From positions 7,068,001 through 7,132,000 of the forward strand of contig CM102287.1 in NCBI GenBank assembly GCA_046563655.1: a stretch of DNA of 64,000 nt, read 5' to 3'. This stretch comes from Yuukianura sp. NJ FZ-2021 (taxonomy: Eukaryota). This document shows positions 36,901 to 48,800 of this stretch, one piece after another. The notes under the pieces were generated by a model, which was not told where the DNA came from, did no database searches, and worked only from the letters and a program-made list of their open reading frames with translations. Every line of letters begins with the position of its first letter. Positions within the stretch are counted from its first letter, which is position 1. The position numbers were made by a program, and so were the translations under genes.

Positions 36901-39475
36901 GAAGCGACACGTTAACTTTAGGTTATCATCACTATGGATCACCGCTTACAGTAAAATTTCGACGTACGATTTTCAAAATTTTGAACACTAACTTTCTTTT
37001 CGAAACCTCCCAAAAAAAAAAGACCAAACCGCGATATGATAAAGTCGCGTTTCTATCTCTGGTATTATTGTTATTGTATTTCTCCCCTTGCTGCTGTATT
37101 TTTAATTTTTTTTTGAAAAATAATTTACAATTCGAGTTCATAAACATCATTTTTGATGAAATGATGTATTTTGCTTACCGCTTTGGAATTCGGTAGGATT
37201 CTTTTTTTGTTTGTTCGTTTAACTGTTTAGAGTTTAAAATGTTATGTGTTTCCAGAGTTTGATTGAACAAAACAGAATTACATTTGGAACATGCTTTTTT
37301 AGCGGGTAGAGCTTTACCATATCACAACACAGTACTGTATCTACGGCGGGAATGCGTTGTTACTGTAAACCCATTTCGTTCTGTTACGTTATTATAGTTT
37401 TATGTGTTTTGTGGAAATGTTGCGGATAAGAGAGAATTCAATTGAAACCGCGCGGTCTGCTCATTCCATAGTCCGTAAGCTTCTCCCACGGATGAGCAAA
37501 TTTTCGAGAGAATAGACGCAAAAAAAGTTATGAGCTGATATAAATTGCTTTGCGCTGCAAATCGAGAGTGAAAGGGAAAATAAACTTTTTACTCTCCTTC
37601 GCACTTTCACTACTCTCAGCATAAAAGTTTTCTTAAAATTTTTCAAAAATTTCTTTTGAAGAAAACCGAAGAAAGGAAAATGAAAAACAAATTCGGTTCG
37701 CCTTTTCTTAAGAATTTTGTAGTATACAAAGAATCATTTTGTGATTTTAAGAATCCCGGAACGAATGAGGATGAAGTATTTTCCAAAATGAGGAAATGAT
37801 TTCTCCTTTTTTCCGTTTCTCAGTTTTATGGCAATCCGGAACCATGGAGTTTCAGATTTATGAGTCTGGAAGTACTGATTTCTGAGGTGGAGGTGGCGGC
37901 GGATGTTACAGTAGACAAATGACAAGGAGGAAAAGAACAAAGGATTTTAGACACGAGAACAAGAAAAACAATGGGAACAGGAGATCGTTAGGTGTGAAAT
38001 AAAGTTTAGACGCTTTTGGAACGTCGCTGCGTGTCTTTGAATGAAAATCGAGCTTCGGAACGACTTCGTTTGTCTTCTGATGTTTTCTTCTTGTTCGCCG
38101 TCGTAACACTTTTGTTCGACACTTTAATGTCTTTTGAACTTTGAATGAGCTCATATTTTCTAAGCAAAGTTTTCCTAACGGAAAAAGCGTTAGAACCATG
38201 TGTAGACCATATTTTTCAACATAAGCTGAAGTAATTTTTTTTCAAGGCTCGTCCAAAGGCTGGCAGCACAAAAATCTCAGATACAACTTGTCCAAACTGA
38301 ATAAAAGTCTAAAGAATCTTCCAAAGTGTTTTTGTTTCGACTTTGGTTAGGGTTGAGTTACAAAATTTGTTATCTTATACTTAAGTTTTATTCGGATTCG
38401 GTACTGAATTCCATCGGCCAATCTAAATTCTGGCTACTTTGTCTGCTTTGTCAAGCTTTTTTTTTCATATGGTTATTAAGTTAATATACTTGGCTAACGA
38501 TGAGATGTGCTTGTGAGTTACTGATGGATGATGTTTAGGAAATGTGTGTTGAGTAAAATGGTCATTGAAGAATTTAATTGTTAACTTTTTTCATTTTGGT
38601 TTTTTTTATCCAATGGTTTTTGCTCAGGTTTTCTGACTCGATACATGATGGTGGCTCCGGAAACTGGTGGAATCTATGACTTATTGAACAAGAGGAAGTG
38701 GAATGTACTTGTAGTGCAAGAGAACAGCAGCAGGGCGTCTCTAGAGACAAAGAACAAAGAGTTTCCTCCAACTGCTGCTGCATAATTTCCGCACATTTTT
38801 TCACTTTAGAGAGAAGTGGAAGTGAAAGTGTCCGTCACTTTGTGAAGATCATGTTCTTTGTACATGGAATATTTCACTTTTACTTTTTTAGAAACATGAC
38901 AAGTCCCTTGTAACATTTCATTTTTTATTCTTTTTAGTTTATTGAAGTCGACAGATGCTGTAGCGTTCAACACTCTGCTGTTCCTTTCGTGACCTCCCGT
39001 ATCAACTGGTTTGACCTGGATTCCCTCTGGGATGTACAAGCTTTGCGTACAAAGCCCTTAGAACTTTAAGGGCCATAAGCCCTTCCCATGTTTTTCCGGA
39101 ACAAGCAATATTTTGAGCAGCGTTGCTGTGAAGCTCTTTGTTGGGTTTTATTATTCGTTAGTTCCAGGATTCCATCGTGTGCGATCTGGAGACTTGAAGG
39201 CTGGAGGAAGCTTTTGTGGGCTCGTTTTAAAGATTTATAAAGACGAAGAGAGCTGGGATTTTGTGATTTCTACTTTAGCAACTGACACTTTCGTTTTTTA
39301 CAACTTCAGTGTGTCCGTGTCCCTAGGTGCTTATAAATATTTGAATTCTTTGGAGCTCTGGAACATGAGATCGAAGCATCAGATGTTATGTTAAAATTTA
39401 AATTATTACTGGAAAACAGATTTTTGGTGAAAGCAACGATTGGAAATGGAATAAACTTCTTGCAAAGACGATATA

Positions 39476-41234
39476 AACAAGTATCGTCAGATCAATTACA
39501 GAGAGTTCCCGCGCAAGATATTGTTGGCCTTGATCTCTTATATTATTAGAGGTCACTTGAGGTCAAACAGCATTCGGAATCTTAGTCCTCGCGTCGTCAA
39601 ACCCCCATCCCCAGAAATTAGTTCCGAATCGGTCCATCCGTTTCCCAATTGTAGAGAAAACTATGACCTTGAGCCTTGACCCTGTTAGAGGTCGCTCGAT
39701 GTCATCAGAAACCCATCAACGCAACCGCTTTTGAGTCTGTTCATCCGTTTACGTATTGTAAATGGAGCATAACTTTGACCTTGGACACCATTAGAGGTCA
39801 CTTGAGGTGAATCAAAAAACTGAATTTTAGTCATCTGGTCAGCAGTTACTAATTTAAAAAAACCGCTTAGAAATCAATGTAGTGCTTATAGAGTTATAAG
39901 CATTACAGAAGGACGGACAGACGGACGGACGGGCGGACAAGACGATTCCTATACGTACCTGACGATACTTAATAGCATAATTCCAAATTACAAAAAGTTA
40001 GAAGTTTACTATGAAAATCACTCTTTCTAAATAACATAATTCCAAATTCCAAAAAGTTAAAAGTTTACTATGAAAATCACTCTTTCTAAATAACATAATT
40101 TCAAATTCGTATTGTTAAAAGTTTACTATGAAAATCACTCTTTCTAAATAACATACTAATTTCAAATTCCAAAAAGTTAAAAGTTTAGTAGGAAAATCAC
40201 TCTTTCTAAATAACATAATTTCAAATTCCAAAAAGTTAAAAGTTTAGTAGGAAAATCACTCTTTCTAAATAACATAATTTCAAATTCCAAAAAGTTAAAA
40301 GTTTAGTAGGAAAATCACTCTTTCTAAATAACATAATTTCAAATTCCAAAAAGTTAAAAGTTTAGTAGGAAAATCACTCTTTCTAAATAACATAATTTCA
40401 AATTCCAAAAAGTTAAAAGTTTAGTAGGAAAACCGCTCTTTCTAAATAACATAATTTCAAATTCCAAAAAGTTAAAAGTTTAGTAGGAAAATCACTCTTT
40501 CTAAATAACATAATTTCAAATTCCAAAAAGTTAAAAGTTTAGTAGGAAAATCACTCTTTCTAAATATAATAATTCCAAATTCCAAAAAGTTAAAAGTTTA
40601 GTAGGAAAATCACTCTTTCTAAATAACATAATTTCAAATTCCAAAAAGTTAAAAGTTTAGTAGGAAAATCACTCTTTCTAAATAACATAATTTCAAATTC
40701 CAAAAAGTTAAAAGTTTAGTAGGAAAATCACTCTTTCTAAATAACATAATTTAAAATTCCAAAAAGTTAAAAGTTTACTATGAAAATCACTCTTTCTAAA
40801 TAACATACTTCCACATTCCAAAAAGTTAAAAGTTTACTATGAAAATCACTCTTTCTAAATAACATAATTCCACATTCCAAAAAGTTAAAAGTTTACTATG
40901 AAAATCACTCTTTCTAAATAACATAATTTCAAATTCCAAAAAGTTAAAAGTTTACTATGAAAATCACTCTTTTTGAATAACTCAATTGGAAATATTAGCC
41001 TGACCTGCTTGAGCTTAGACACCATTAGAGGTAACTCGAGGTGAATCCAAAAACTAATTTTTAATTATCTGGTCAGTAGTTAATTACTAATTTCAAAACG
41101 CCGCTTAGAAATCAATGCAGTGGTTATCGAGTTGTAAACATTAGACCGACGGATGGACTGACGGACAGACGGACCGATGACAGACGGACGGACGGACAAG
41201 ACGATGCCTATAAGTATCTGACGATACTTAATAA
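39476..41234 (-). mobile_element. Composite HINE/DINE-1-like (non-autonomous Helentron-type) element: one full copy, a tandem array, and a second partial copy
   Basis: Short inverted repeat aagtatcgtcag (39479) versus ctgacgatactt (about 39959 and 41218). (GACG/GACA)n microsatellite next to the terminus. Terminal hairpin taagtat...atactta. Internal ttagaggtca subrepeats. A ~200-bp direct duplication at 39784-39974 and 41018-41233. Confidence 0.65.
39976..40980 (+). repeat. Minisatellite, 17 copies of a 59-bp unit
   Basis: Unit cataatttcaaattccaaaaagttaaaagtttagtaggaaaatcactctttctaaataa, with starts at 40214, 40273, 40332 and so on. No spacers. Confidence 0.97.
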
Positions 41235-41643
41235 AACTTCGCAAAAAGCGAATAGGAAGGGAAAACAAATTGCCGAAAAAATTGACAAAAAGTTTCTTTT
41301 GTTGATCCGAAATTTTTTGCCTCCAGTTTGAAACTAAAAACCATTTTTTTTTGCATATTCCAAGTTTCAAATTTTTGCGAGAAAGAAAAAAATGAATATT
41401 TTTTTTTGATGGGAAGGGATAAAAATACCTAATTAGTTTTGCTTTTCGAGTGTTCATTAATGGAATAGCGGGATTTTCGAAAAACTGAAAAATGCTGAAG
41501 GTCATTAACTCTTCTCTTAATTACTTTAGTTATTTTTAATTTTTAGTATTTAAAGCAACAGACAGGGATTTCAGACGTCTTTTCAATACAAAATTTCAAA
41601 AAAGCAAGTTAAACCGTATTTGCTTTTTATAGATTTAGCAGAA

Positions 41644-42451
41644 ATGAATTTCTCCAAAATTTATGTCGTTTGTACAGTGTTGCTTCTGAATTTTCATTCT
41701 GCGCTGTGCGGATTAACCCAAGCTTGGGATAGATTCTTGGCCGTGTCATGTGAGTTCTCATCCGACGTTGAAAAATTCATCCCAATAGAACACGAAGATC
41801 GTTCGAAACGTTCAGTTTTTGAACACAAAGAACCAAATTTTGACGATCCGCAAGAACTTTTTGACTACTTGTATCCTATGGCTCATTTAAAAAGAGAAGA
41901 CGTTTTGCTTGAAGCACAGCGTTCGTCAAGTGCTGCTCAACTGAATCCGATCTACGCTTGGGCAAAGGATCTTGGACACCTCTGGTTGAGCGACTGCAAA
42001 AACCGGAATGCAAATAACAAAGGTGAAACTTTGAAGTTTTGAAGAAGCCTAAATATGATCTAAACAATTCTTCTTCAATTTCTTAGAAAACGAAAGCGAG
42101 CCGAGAAGCCGCAGTGGAACTTCTGCACCACGGAAACGCCGCAGTGCTCTTGTCCCGGATTCACATGGACATGGTTCCGTTCACAACAGAACAAAGGTCA
42201 AAGGTCAGAGACGCTCAGGGTTAATAACCTCTACAGAACGGAAAATCAGTGCGAGCAAAACTAATGCAACAACTACCGAAGCACCTCCGACAACTACGAC
42301 TGCCGATCCAGGAGCTTCGGATGATAACTTTTTTTCAAGTTACGGGGGCGACATTGAATACTTCTTCCCGCTGATTTCCTTTGGAATTCCATTTGATGGA
42401 GAAATTACGTTTCTCGGTTTTCACGGATTCAAAGGCTTGTTTCCATACTAA
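41644..42451 (+). CDS. Secreted preproprotein of unknown family (~247 aa) with furin/convertase sites
   Basis: Exons 41644-42022 and 42087-42451 (phase 1 GT-AG intron, in frame to TAA). Signal peptide MNFSKIYVVCTVLLLNFHSALC. RSKR, KR and RKRR sites, Thr-rich linker, Phe/Gly-rich C-terminus. Confidence 0.78.
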
Positions 42452-42581
42452 ACTAGAAAATGCTTTTTGTAGTTATTATCAGTTTATTGTTACCTTTTCA
42501 GTGGTTTTATAAATGATTTTTTTGGAAAGGTAATTTAGGAATATTTTGGGTCTTGAGTTCATGCTTTTTCATTTATAACGG

Positions 42582-43133
42582 TCAATGCGTCCAAACGAGT
42601 AGTAGAAGACCAACTTGAGAAGTGATTGGACACGGTCCAAGAGTGCTGGCGGAATTGTTGAACCCAACCGGTGTGGTCGTTGACGTGGTCAAGAATGCAG
42701 ATGGTCGTAATTGTTTAAGTCGCAATCCAGCCGTGAACTTTCGATATCCCTTGTCGCAAGTATACGTTTTATTGTATCGAAATCCCAGACAGCACTCTTT
42801 GTAAAGGTCCACGAAGACTGCATGAAGATAGGGGTAAACATCCAACGGCAAGTAGATTAAATTGTAGTTCCCAGTAGCGATGTCGTCAAACAAAACCTTT
42901 TGCCGCTGAAAACCATCTTCTCTTTCAGCCTGAGTTTGGTTTGGCTTACATCCATACACGTTCCAGAAGGACTCCAGTTCTACGTAGAATGCATCGCTAG
43001 TCAGGCTTCTATCTACGACGCAGTCGTTATCGCTGCACGACTCGTACAGGTCTGCTGCATAACATGCATGAAGCACCAGAACTGCTGAAAAAACAGTGAC
43101 GAGTGCCAGGTCACTTCGTAATAGTAACCCCAT
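42582..43133 (-). CDS. Small Cys-containing, probably GPI-anchored surface protein (183 aa), family member 3
   Basis: Intronless paralogue of 16326-16901; 40 of the first 42 aa are identical. TTSTTTP stalk, NNSAS, hydrophobic tail. Confidence 0.85.
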   Translation of the reverse strand: MGLLLRSDLALVTVFSAVLVLHACYAADLYESCSDNDCVVDRSLTSDAFYVELESFWNVYGCKPNQTQAEREDGFQRQKVLFDDIATGNYNLIYLPLDVYPYLHAVFVDLYKECCLGFRYNKTYTCDKGYRKFTAGLRLKQLRPSAFLTTSTTTPVGFNNSASTLGPCPITSQVGLLLLVWTH

Positions 43134-45846
43134 TTCGTTTGGGTTTTTGTTTGGAGTATGGCCTGATTTTGTTGCACGTTTTCAAATAGGAAGTTCTCAA
43201 AAAATGCTGGCATTTTGGAATAAAATTTTTTAATCGTTTACGTTTGACGTAGGCGGATACTCACAATTAAACTTTTTTTTGTTTACTGTTGTTGTTTCAT
43301 AATAAAGAGGTTGTCTGCATCGATTGTTGTTTGTTGACAAACATTGAAGGAAATGGTAGGTAACTTTGTTTGACTAACGTCACTGGTGAACTGGTTTTCG
43401 AAAACAAAGACACTTCAGCAACACGCTCAAGGTAAAGGGAAGATAGAATTGTGAGATTTTGAACTACGTACTTAAAACAAAATTATTATTATTATTATTT
43501 TTTTTTATAAATGTCTGAAATACACAATTTCTGAATGTTTTGAATAACTTTTGCCAGAAGGGTTTTTTTTCTTTGATTTCTTGGAAAAATTTTTAAAAAT
43601 TTAGCGAAACATTAGTATAACGTAAACCTGCCAGTGGCAGGTTGAAAATTTTTGAATTTGAGAAATTGAAACTTATGGCTAAATAAATATATAGTTTTTA
43701 ACAAAGTGAAAAACTTCATCCATCGCAGCCTGATACTTGTTACGCGTGTTTTCGTAACCCCAAATGGATATGTTGTAAATATATTTTAACTGCAACATCG
43801 ACCATTTACTTCGTACACACGTCTAGCCTTCACGAAGTGATCGGACCATCTTACAAATCACTTTATTGTCAAAAATGCGTTCCAAAATTTTAACATTTTC
43901 GTTTAACCTTTGTTCATTTCCTTCAAAAACAAATTACATTTTTTCTTGAAGAAGACATTGTAGAACGTTTGATCGACTAATCACAAAACAGAAAATAATA
44001 ACAATAACAAAAGTGTTTACGAGAACGGAAATCTACGTCAAGGTTTGGTATTATATTTTCTAATTGCGTAAATCAAAAAACGTGCTAAATTGTAAGAAAA
44101 AGTGGACAGACAATGGGTAGGATAACAAACAAAAATGCTGTCTTCAAACAGGTTTCCGTAATGGAACGTCACCATTCTACTTCAAAATTTCTTGTTCGCC
44201 TGACAGGGGTAATATAAATTCAATTCGTTTTCAGACACTACAACTAGTGGATCACCGCAATAATACGTCCTCACTTGTGTAATTTTTATCAAGGAACAAG
44301 TTCCTTCTTCGAATTCTTACTTAAAAAACCAGTTACAACGTAAATAAGGTTTTCTAATATTTAGAAAACACTTTCTACTTTTTTGTCTGTGAGCTACGTT
44401 TGTGCTACGGATTTCGAAAGTTGATATCGTTAAAAGGTTTTATTTGAATCTGCGAAGTTTTGCAAAGTTAAGGTGTGAGCGAAATTTTGGTACAAATAAA
44501 TTAAAACACACTTTGATCTTGGCAAATAAAAACAACAGAACCAAAAAATAGGTGAGATACTTTTTTTTTAAATTAGTATAAGTAAACTACTGTATATTTT
44601 AGTGCGCGATATACGCCGATAAATAGGGTACTAGCGTGGAACCCACATATAGTACACCTTTATATTGGTAAAACGTTGAAAGTGGACAAATGGCCGAACA
44701 GGCTAGTGCTAGCGTGGACTGATTCCAGTTTTCCATTACATTTTTCGATTCCATTACAACCAGTTTCGGTTTATTAGTGGAAAAATTTGGTTGCCAAAAA
44801 ATGCTCTGACGTCCACTAAACAGGTTTATTGGACGTCAGCAAATCTCCTACGGATGATAAATGCATCCAGTCCTAGGAGATTTGCATATGGAATTTCTTG
44901 TTTTTTTTTTCCGTTGTTGTTGAAGGTTTTCTCAAATTGCGCATTATCGGACTAACGACTCCAAAAAAGTGTTTTTTAAAATGATTTTCAGTGTAATAAA
45001 TTTTGATACACTATAATTTGGTCTAACGAAGGTTTCACATAACTTGATTTCGCATATGCCTTTTGTACTCTTCTTATGTCACGCTTCAACATTACAACAG
45101 TGACCATTAGCATACAGCTTTTAAAGTAGTAGAGCTACCTAAATTTTAGTTCAAAAATTAATGAAGGTTCGACATTACGTATTATACTTAAAGACCTGGG
45201 ATGATCTTCGTCATCAGTATTTTTTCCCAATTTTTAGTTCTCATTCAGTCTATTAAATTTGACCATATAATGGTGGTTAACCTTTAAGGTGGTCCATCTG
45301 AAGCGAACTTTTAAAAGTAATTTTCCTTGTTCCTTCGCATGATGAAGATCAAATTATTTTCTGGAAAACAACAAAAAACTTGCGAAACGGCAACAAAATC
45401 CTAACTTCCTTGCTAAAAGTTGTTTTAGTCACTTTTCGACTTTGAAGCACAAAGAAAAAATACTCAGATTCTCCTACATATAATTTATAACAAGATTTGG
45501 CAACAATATTATCAACTCTTCTACGTTGTGCTTTGCAGTTCGTCTAAACAAAATTAAATTTCTGGTAAACTCGAAAACTCAAATGTCAACGTTTTTTACA
45601 TTCCGAACTCACAGAGCAAGAGACAACAACGACACCATATACTTTACATCGATCAATCTTATTAACGAAAACTGATTGACAGAATAGATGATCTGCGTCG
45701 GTTGTCAATTTCAATTACGAAAAGTTAACGCGGAAAAGTAGCCTTTCTAAGAGTTATAAGAAATATGCGTTATTAAAGAATTATAAGTTTAAAAAAAATA
45801 ATTCCTTATTTCAGGAACAAGAGCGCAAACTTAAAGAAGTGCCAAA

Positions 45847-48800
45847 ATGGATGTGGCAGTGATTGGGATGAGCTGCCGATTCCCGGGCGCTGACAACTTG
45901 GATGAATTTTGGTCCAATCTGGTTTCTGGAAAAGACTCAGTCACCAGCACACCAAAGGAAAGATGGTACATGGGACATGACCTTGTGGCTGGTACATTTT
46001 GTTGTTCTGTAACCTTGACTCAACAATTTGTTTTTGCACTTTGCTAACCGTGATTTGTGCTTAGGTTACCTAAAATGTCCGCTGGATGAGTTTGATGCTA
46101 ACTTTTTCAACATCAGTCCAAAAGAAGCTACTTACATTGACCCACAACATCGGTAAAACACTCGAACTAAAAGCATAAATTGTTGACTTCTGAAGCTGAA
46201 TTTTGAAAACCAAAAAAAAAAAAAAATTGGAAAACGTGTAAAGCGCAAGGTTAAAGCTTACTAAATTCTTATCTGCGCGAAATCTTTCTGCTGTGGGAAA
46301 GGAAAATTTGCGAGGTCAGTTCCTAAGTTTAAAAACTTTATCTATTAATTTTTTTTCTCTACTTTCAGGTTATTCCTGGAAGTGAGTTGGGAAAGTCTCG
46401 AGAATGCTGGAATTCCCGCAACGTCACTCAACGGAACCAAAACTGGCGTTTTCTTGGGCATCGGAAGTGACGAATACTTCCGAACGCAACTCGACGCCAC
46501 AGAAGACACAATTTACAAGATCGTTGGAAATTCCATCAGTGCTGCCACTGGCCGTCTCTCGTTCTTCTTAAATCTTCTTGGACCGTCAATTCCTATTGAA
46601 GCGACATGCGCATCCTCAGCAGTCGCCATACACTTGGCTTGTGGTTCCCTCCGAGGTGGGGAGTGTACAATGGCCTTGGCTGGCGGTGTTAACGTCCTCA
46701 TCAGTTCGGATTCAACTTATCCATCAGCACTGATTTCTCCGCGGTGCCGGTCATTTGACGCTTCAGCAAGCGGGTTCTCACCAGCCGAAGGTTGTGGAGT
46801 CGTCGTGCTCAAGCTTTTAAAAGAGGCCCTTAGAGACGGAAATGAAGTACTCGGGGTCATTCGGGGGTCATACGTGAACAACACTGGAAAAAGTACGAGT
46901 TACGGTACGCCGAGAACTTTAAGTGAAGAAATTACAATTCGTGAGGCCCTGAAAGCAGCTGATGTGAACCCGTTAGACGTTAGTTACGTCGAAGCACATG
47001 TAGGTGGAACTCAAATTGGCGATCCAGTTGAAGTCAAGGCTATTTCAAATGTCTTCGGGTCCAGGAATCGAACGTCTCCATTGGTCCTAGGAGCTTTCAA
47101 AACAAACATTGGGCACCCAATGGCTGCTGCAGGAGTCGCTGGCATGATCAAGATGCTACTCTGTTTGAAAAATCGAACCATCCCGCCAAATTTACATTTG
47201 AACCAACTCCATCCCGACATCAACTTGGAACCAATTCCAGCCATTTTGCCGTCAAGTCCGATTCCATGGAAAAGCTCTAAATCTTTAATTGGAGCTATCA
47301 ACTGCTTTGGAATTACCGGCACCAACGTTCATATTATTGTTGAAGAACCGCCAAAAGTTGAAGTTTCCAAGATTCAAAATTTGAATTTGTCCGCCACCAA
47401 ACATCCTCTCCATCTGTTGACCATTTCAGCCAATGATCAAGTCGCGTTAGAAAAACTTCGAAATAAATATCAAGAAGCGCTGGACTCCGATCCAAGTCCT
47501 GATTTGACCAATTTTACATTCAGTGCTAACACAACTCGAAGTCATTTGTCCCATCGCGTCGCTGTTACCGGCAGCTCATGCGCTGAACTCAGCCACAAGC
47601 TATCGACACTCAACTACGTAACTGGAACAGTACAGGGCATGCGCCAACCCATAGTGTTTCTGTTTACTGGTCATGGATGCCAGTACTTTGGAATGGCTCG
47701 AGGATTATACGAAACAAGCCCCATCTTTAAACAAGTTTTTGATTCTTGCAGCGTCGTTTACCGCAACAATCTTGGAGTCAGCTTAGAAAAGTTAATTTGG
47801 AATGGCGATCCAGCTTCGGCGCCAACTTTAAATCAAACGAAATACGGTCAACCAGCAATTTTTGTGATCGAGTACTGTTTGTACAGACTTTGGACAGAGT
47901 TGGGCATTCGGCCGGACTATGTTCTCGGACACAGTATTGGAGAATTCGCAGCATGCGTTGCTGCTGGAATGGTGTCCTTTGAAGATGGAATGAAACTGGT
48001 CTGTTGTCGCAGTATTTTGATTGATACGCTTCCCGAGGGACGAATGGTTGCCGTTGGCGCTGGAATTGACAAAGTGAATGGCCTCATCGAAAATTTTCAA
48101 ATGCTAAATTCCTCGGCGTGGTTAGATGTCGCTTGCTGCAATTCGATTGACCAAACTGTTGTATCAACTGATCCAGCTACAGCGGAAAAATTCAAAGAGT
48201 TTTTGAACCAACAAAGTCCGGCGGTAAAGTCAAAAGTGCTGCCGTCTCTGAACGCTTTTCATAGTCGCACTATGGAGCCAATTCTGGCTGAATTCGAAAG
48301 AATTGCAAACGAAATCAAAGTAAAAGAGCCAACATGCAAGTATGTCTCGGGGATGCTAAGCAGGGAGATTCAACCGTCGGAAATCAACGGTACTTACTGG
48401 AAAAATCACTGTCGAAATACCGTTTTGTTTTCAAAAAGTATCGACCTCTTGCTTCAACAAGGCTGCAAAGTTTTTCTAGAAGTTTCACCACAACCAATCC
48501 TCCTTAACTTTGTCATGTCAAACAACGTCAACGGTTCGGAGATCACTGCATGTCCATCACTACGAAGCTCCCAAGATGGTTGGACAACTGTATTGTCTAG
48601 CTTGGCCAAATTGTACGTTTCCACCAGCGCTGAAATTAAATTTGAAATTTTGAGCCCGGGAGCTCAAAGAATCCAGTTGCCAAACTATACGTTCAATCGC
48701 AAGAAATGCTGGGCTGCTCCGAATCCAAACCGTGGTCACCTTGCAGGTCCTGCGCAAGCGCAGTTCCATAGTCTGCTTGGATGGAAACTCAATTTGGCCA

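Noticed and set aside
39976..40980. CRISPR-like regular array
   Set aside because: Units are contiguous 59-mers with no unique spacers, there are no cas genes, and the context is eukaryotic.
41080..41505. 141-aa minus-strand ORF
   Set aside because: It runs through the element's microsatellite (VRPS repeats) and AT-rich DNA, so it is spurious.
43625..43643. Perfect hairpin aacctgcca-g-tggcaggtt upstream of the PKS
   Set aside because: Isolated and short, with no partner end or TSD; it could be chance or a TE scar.
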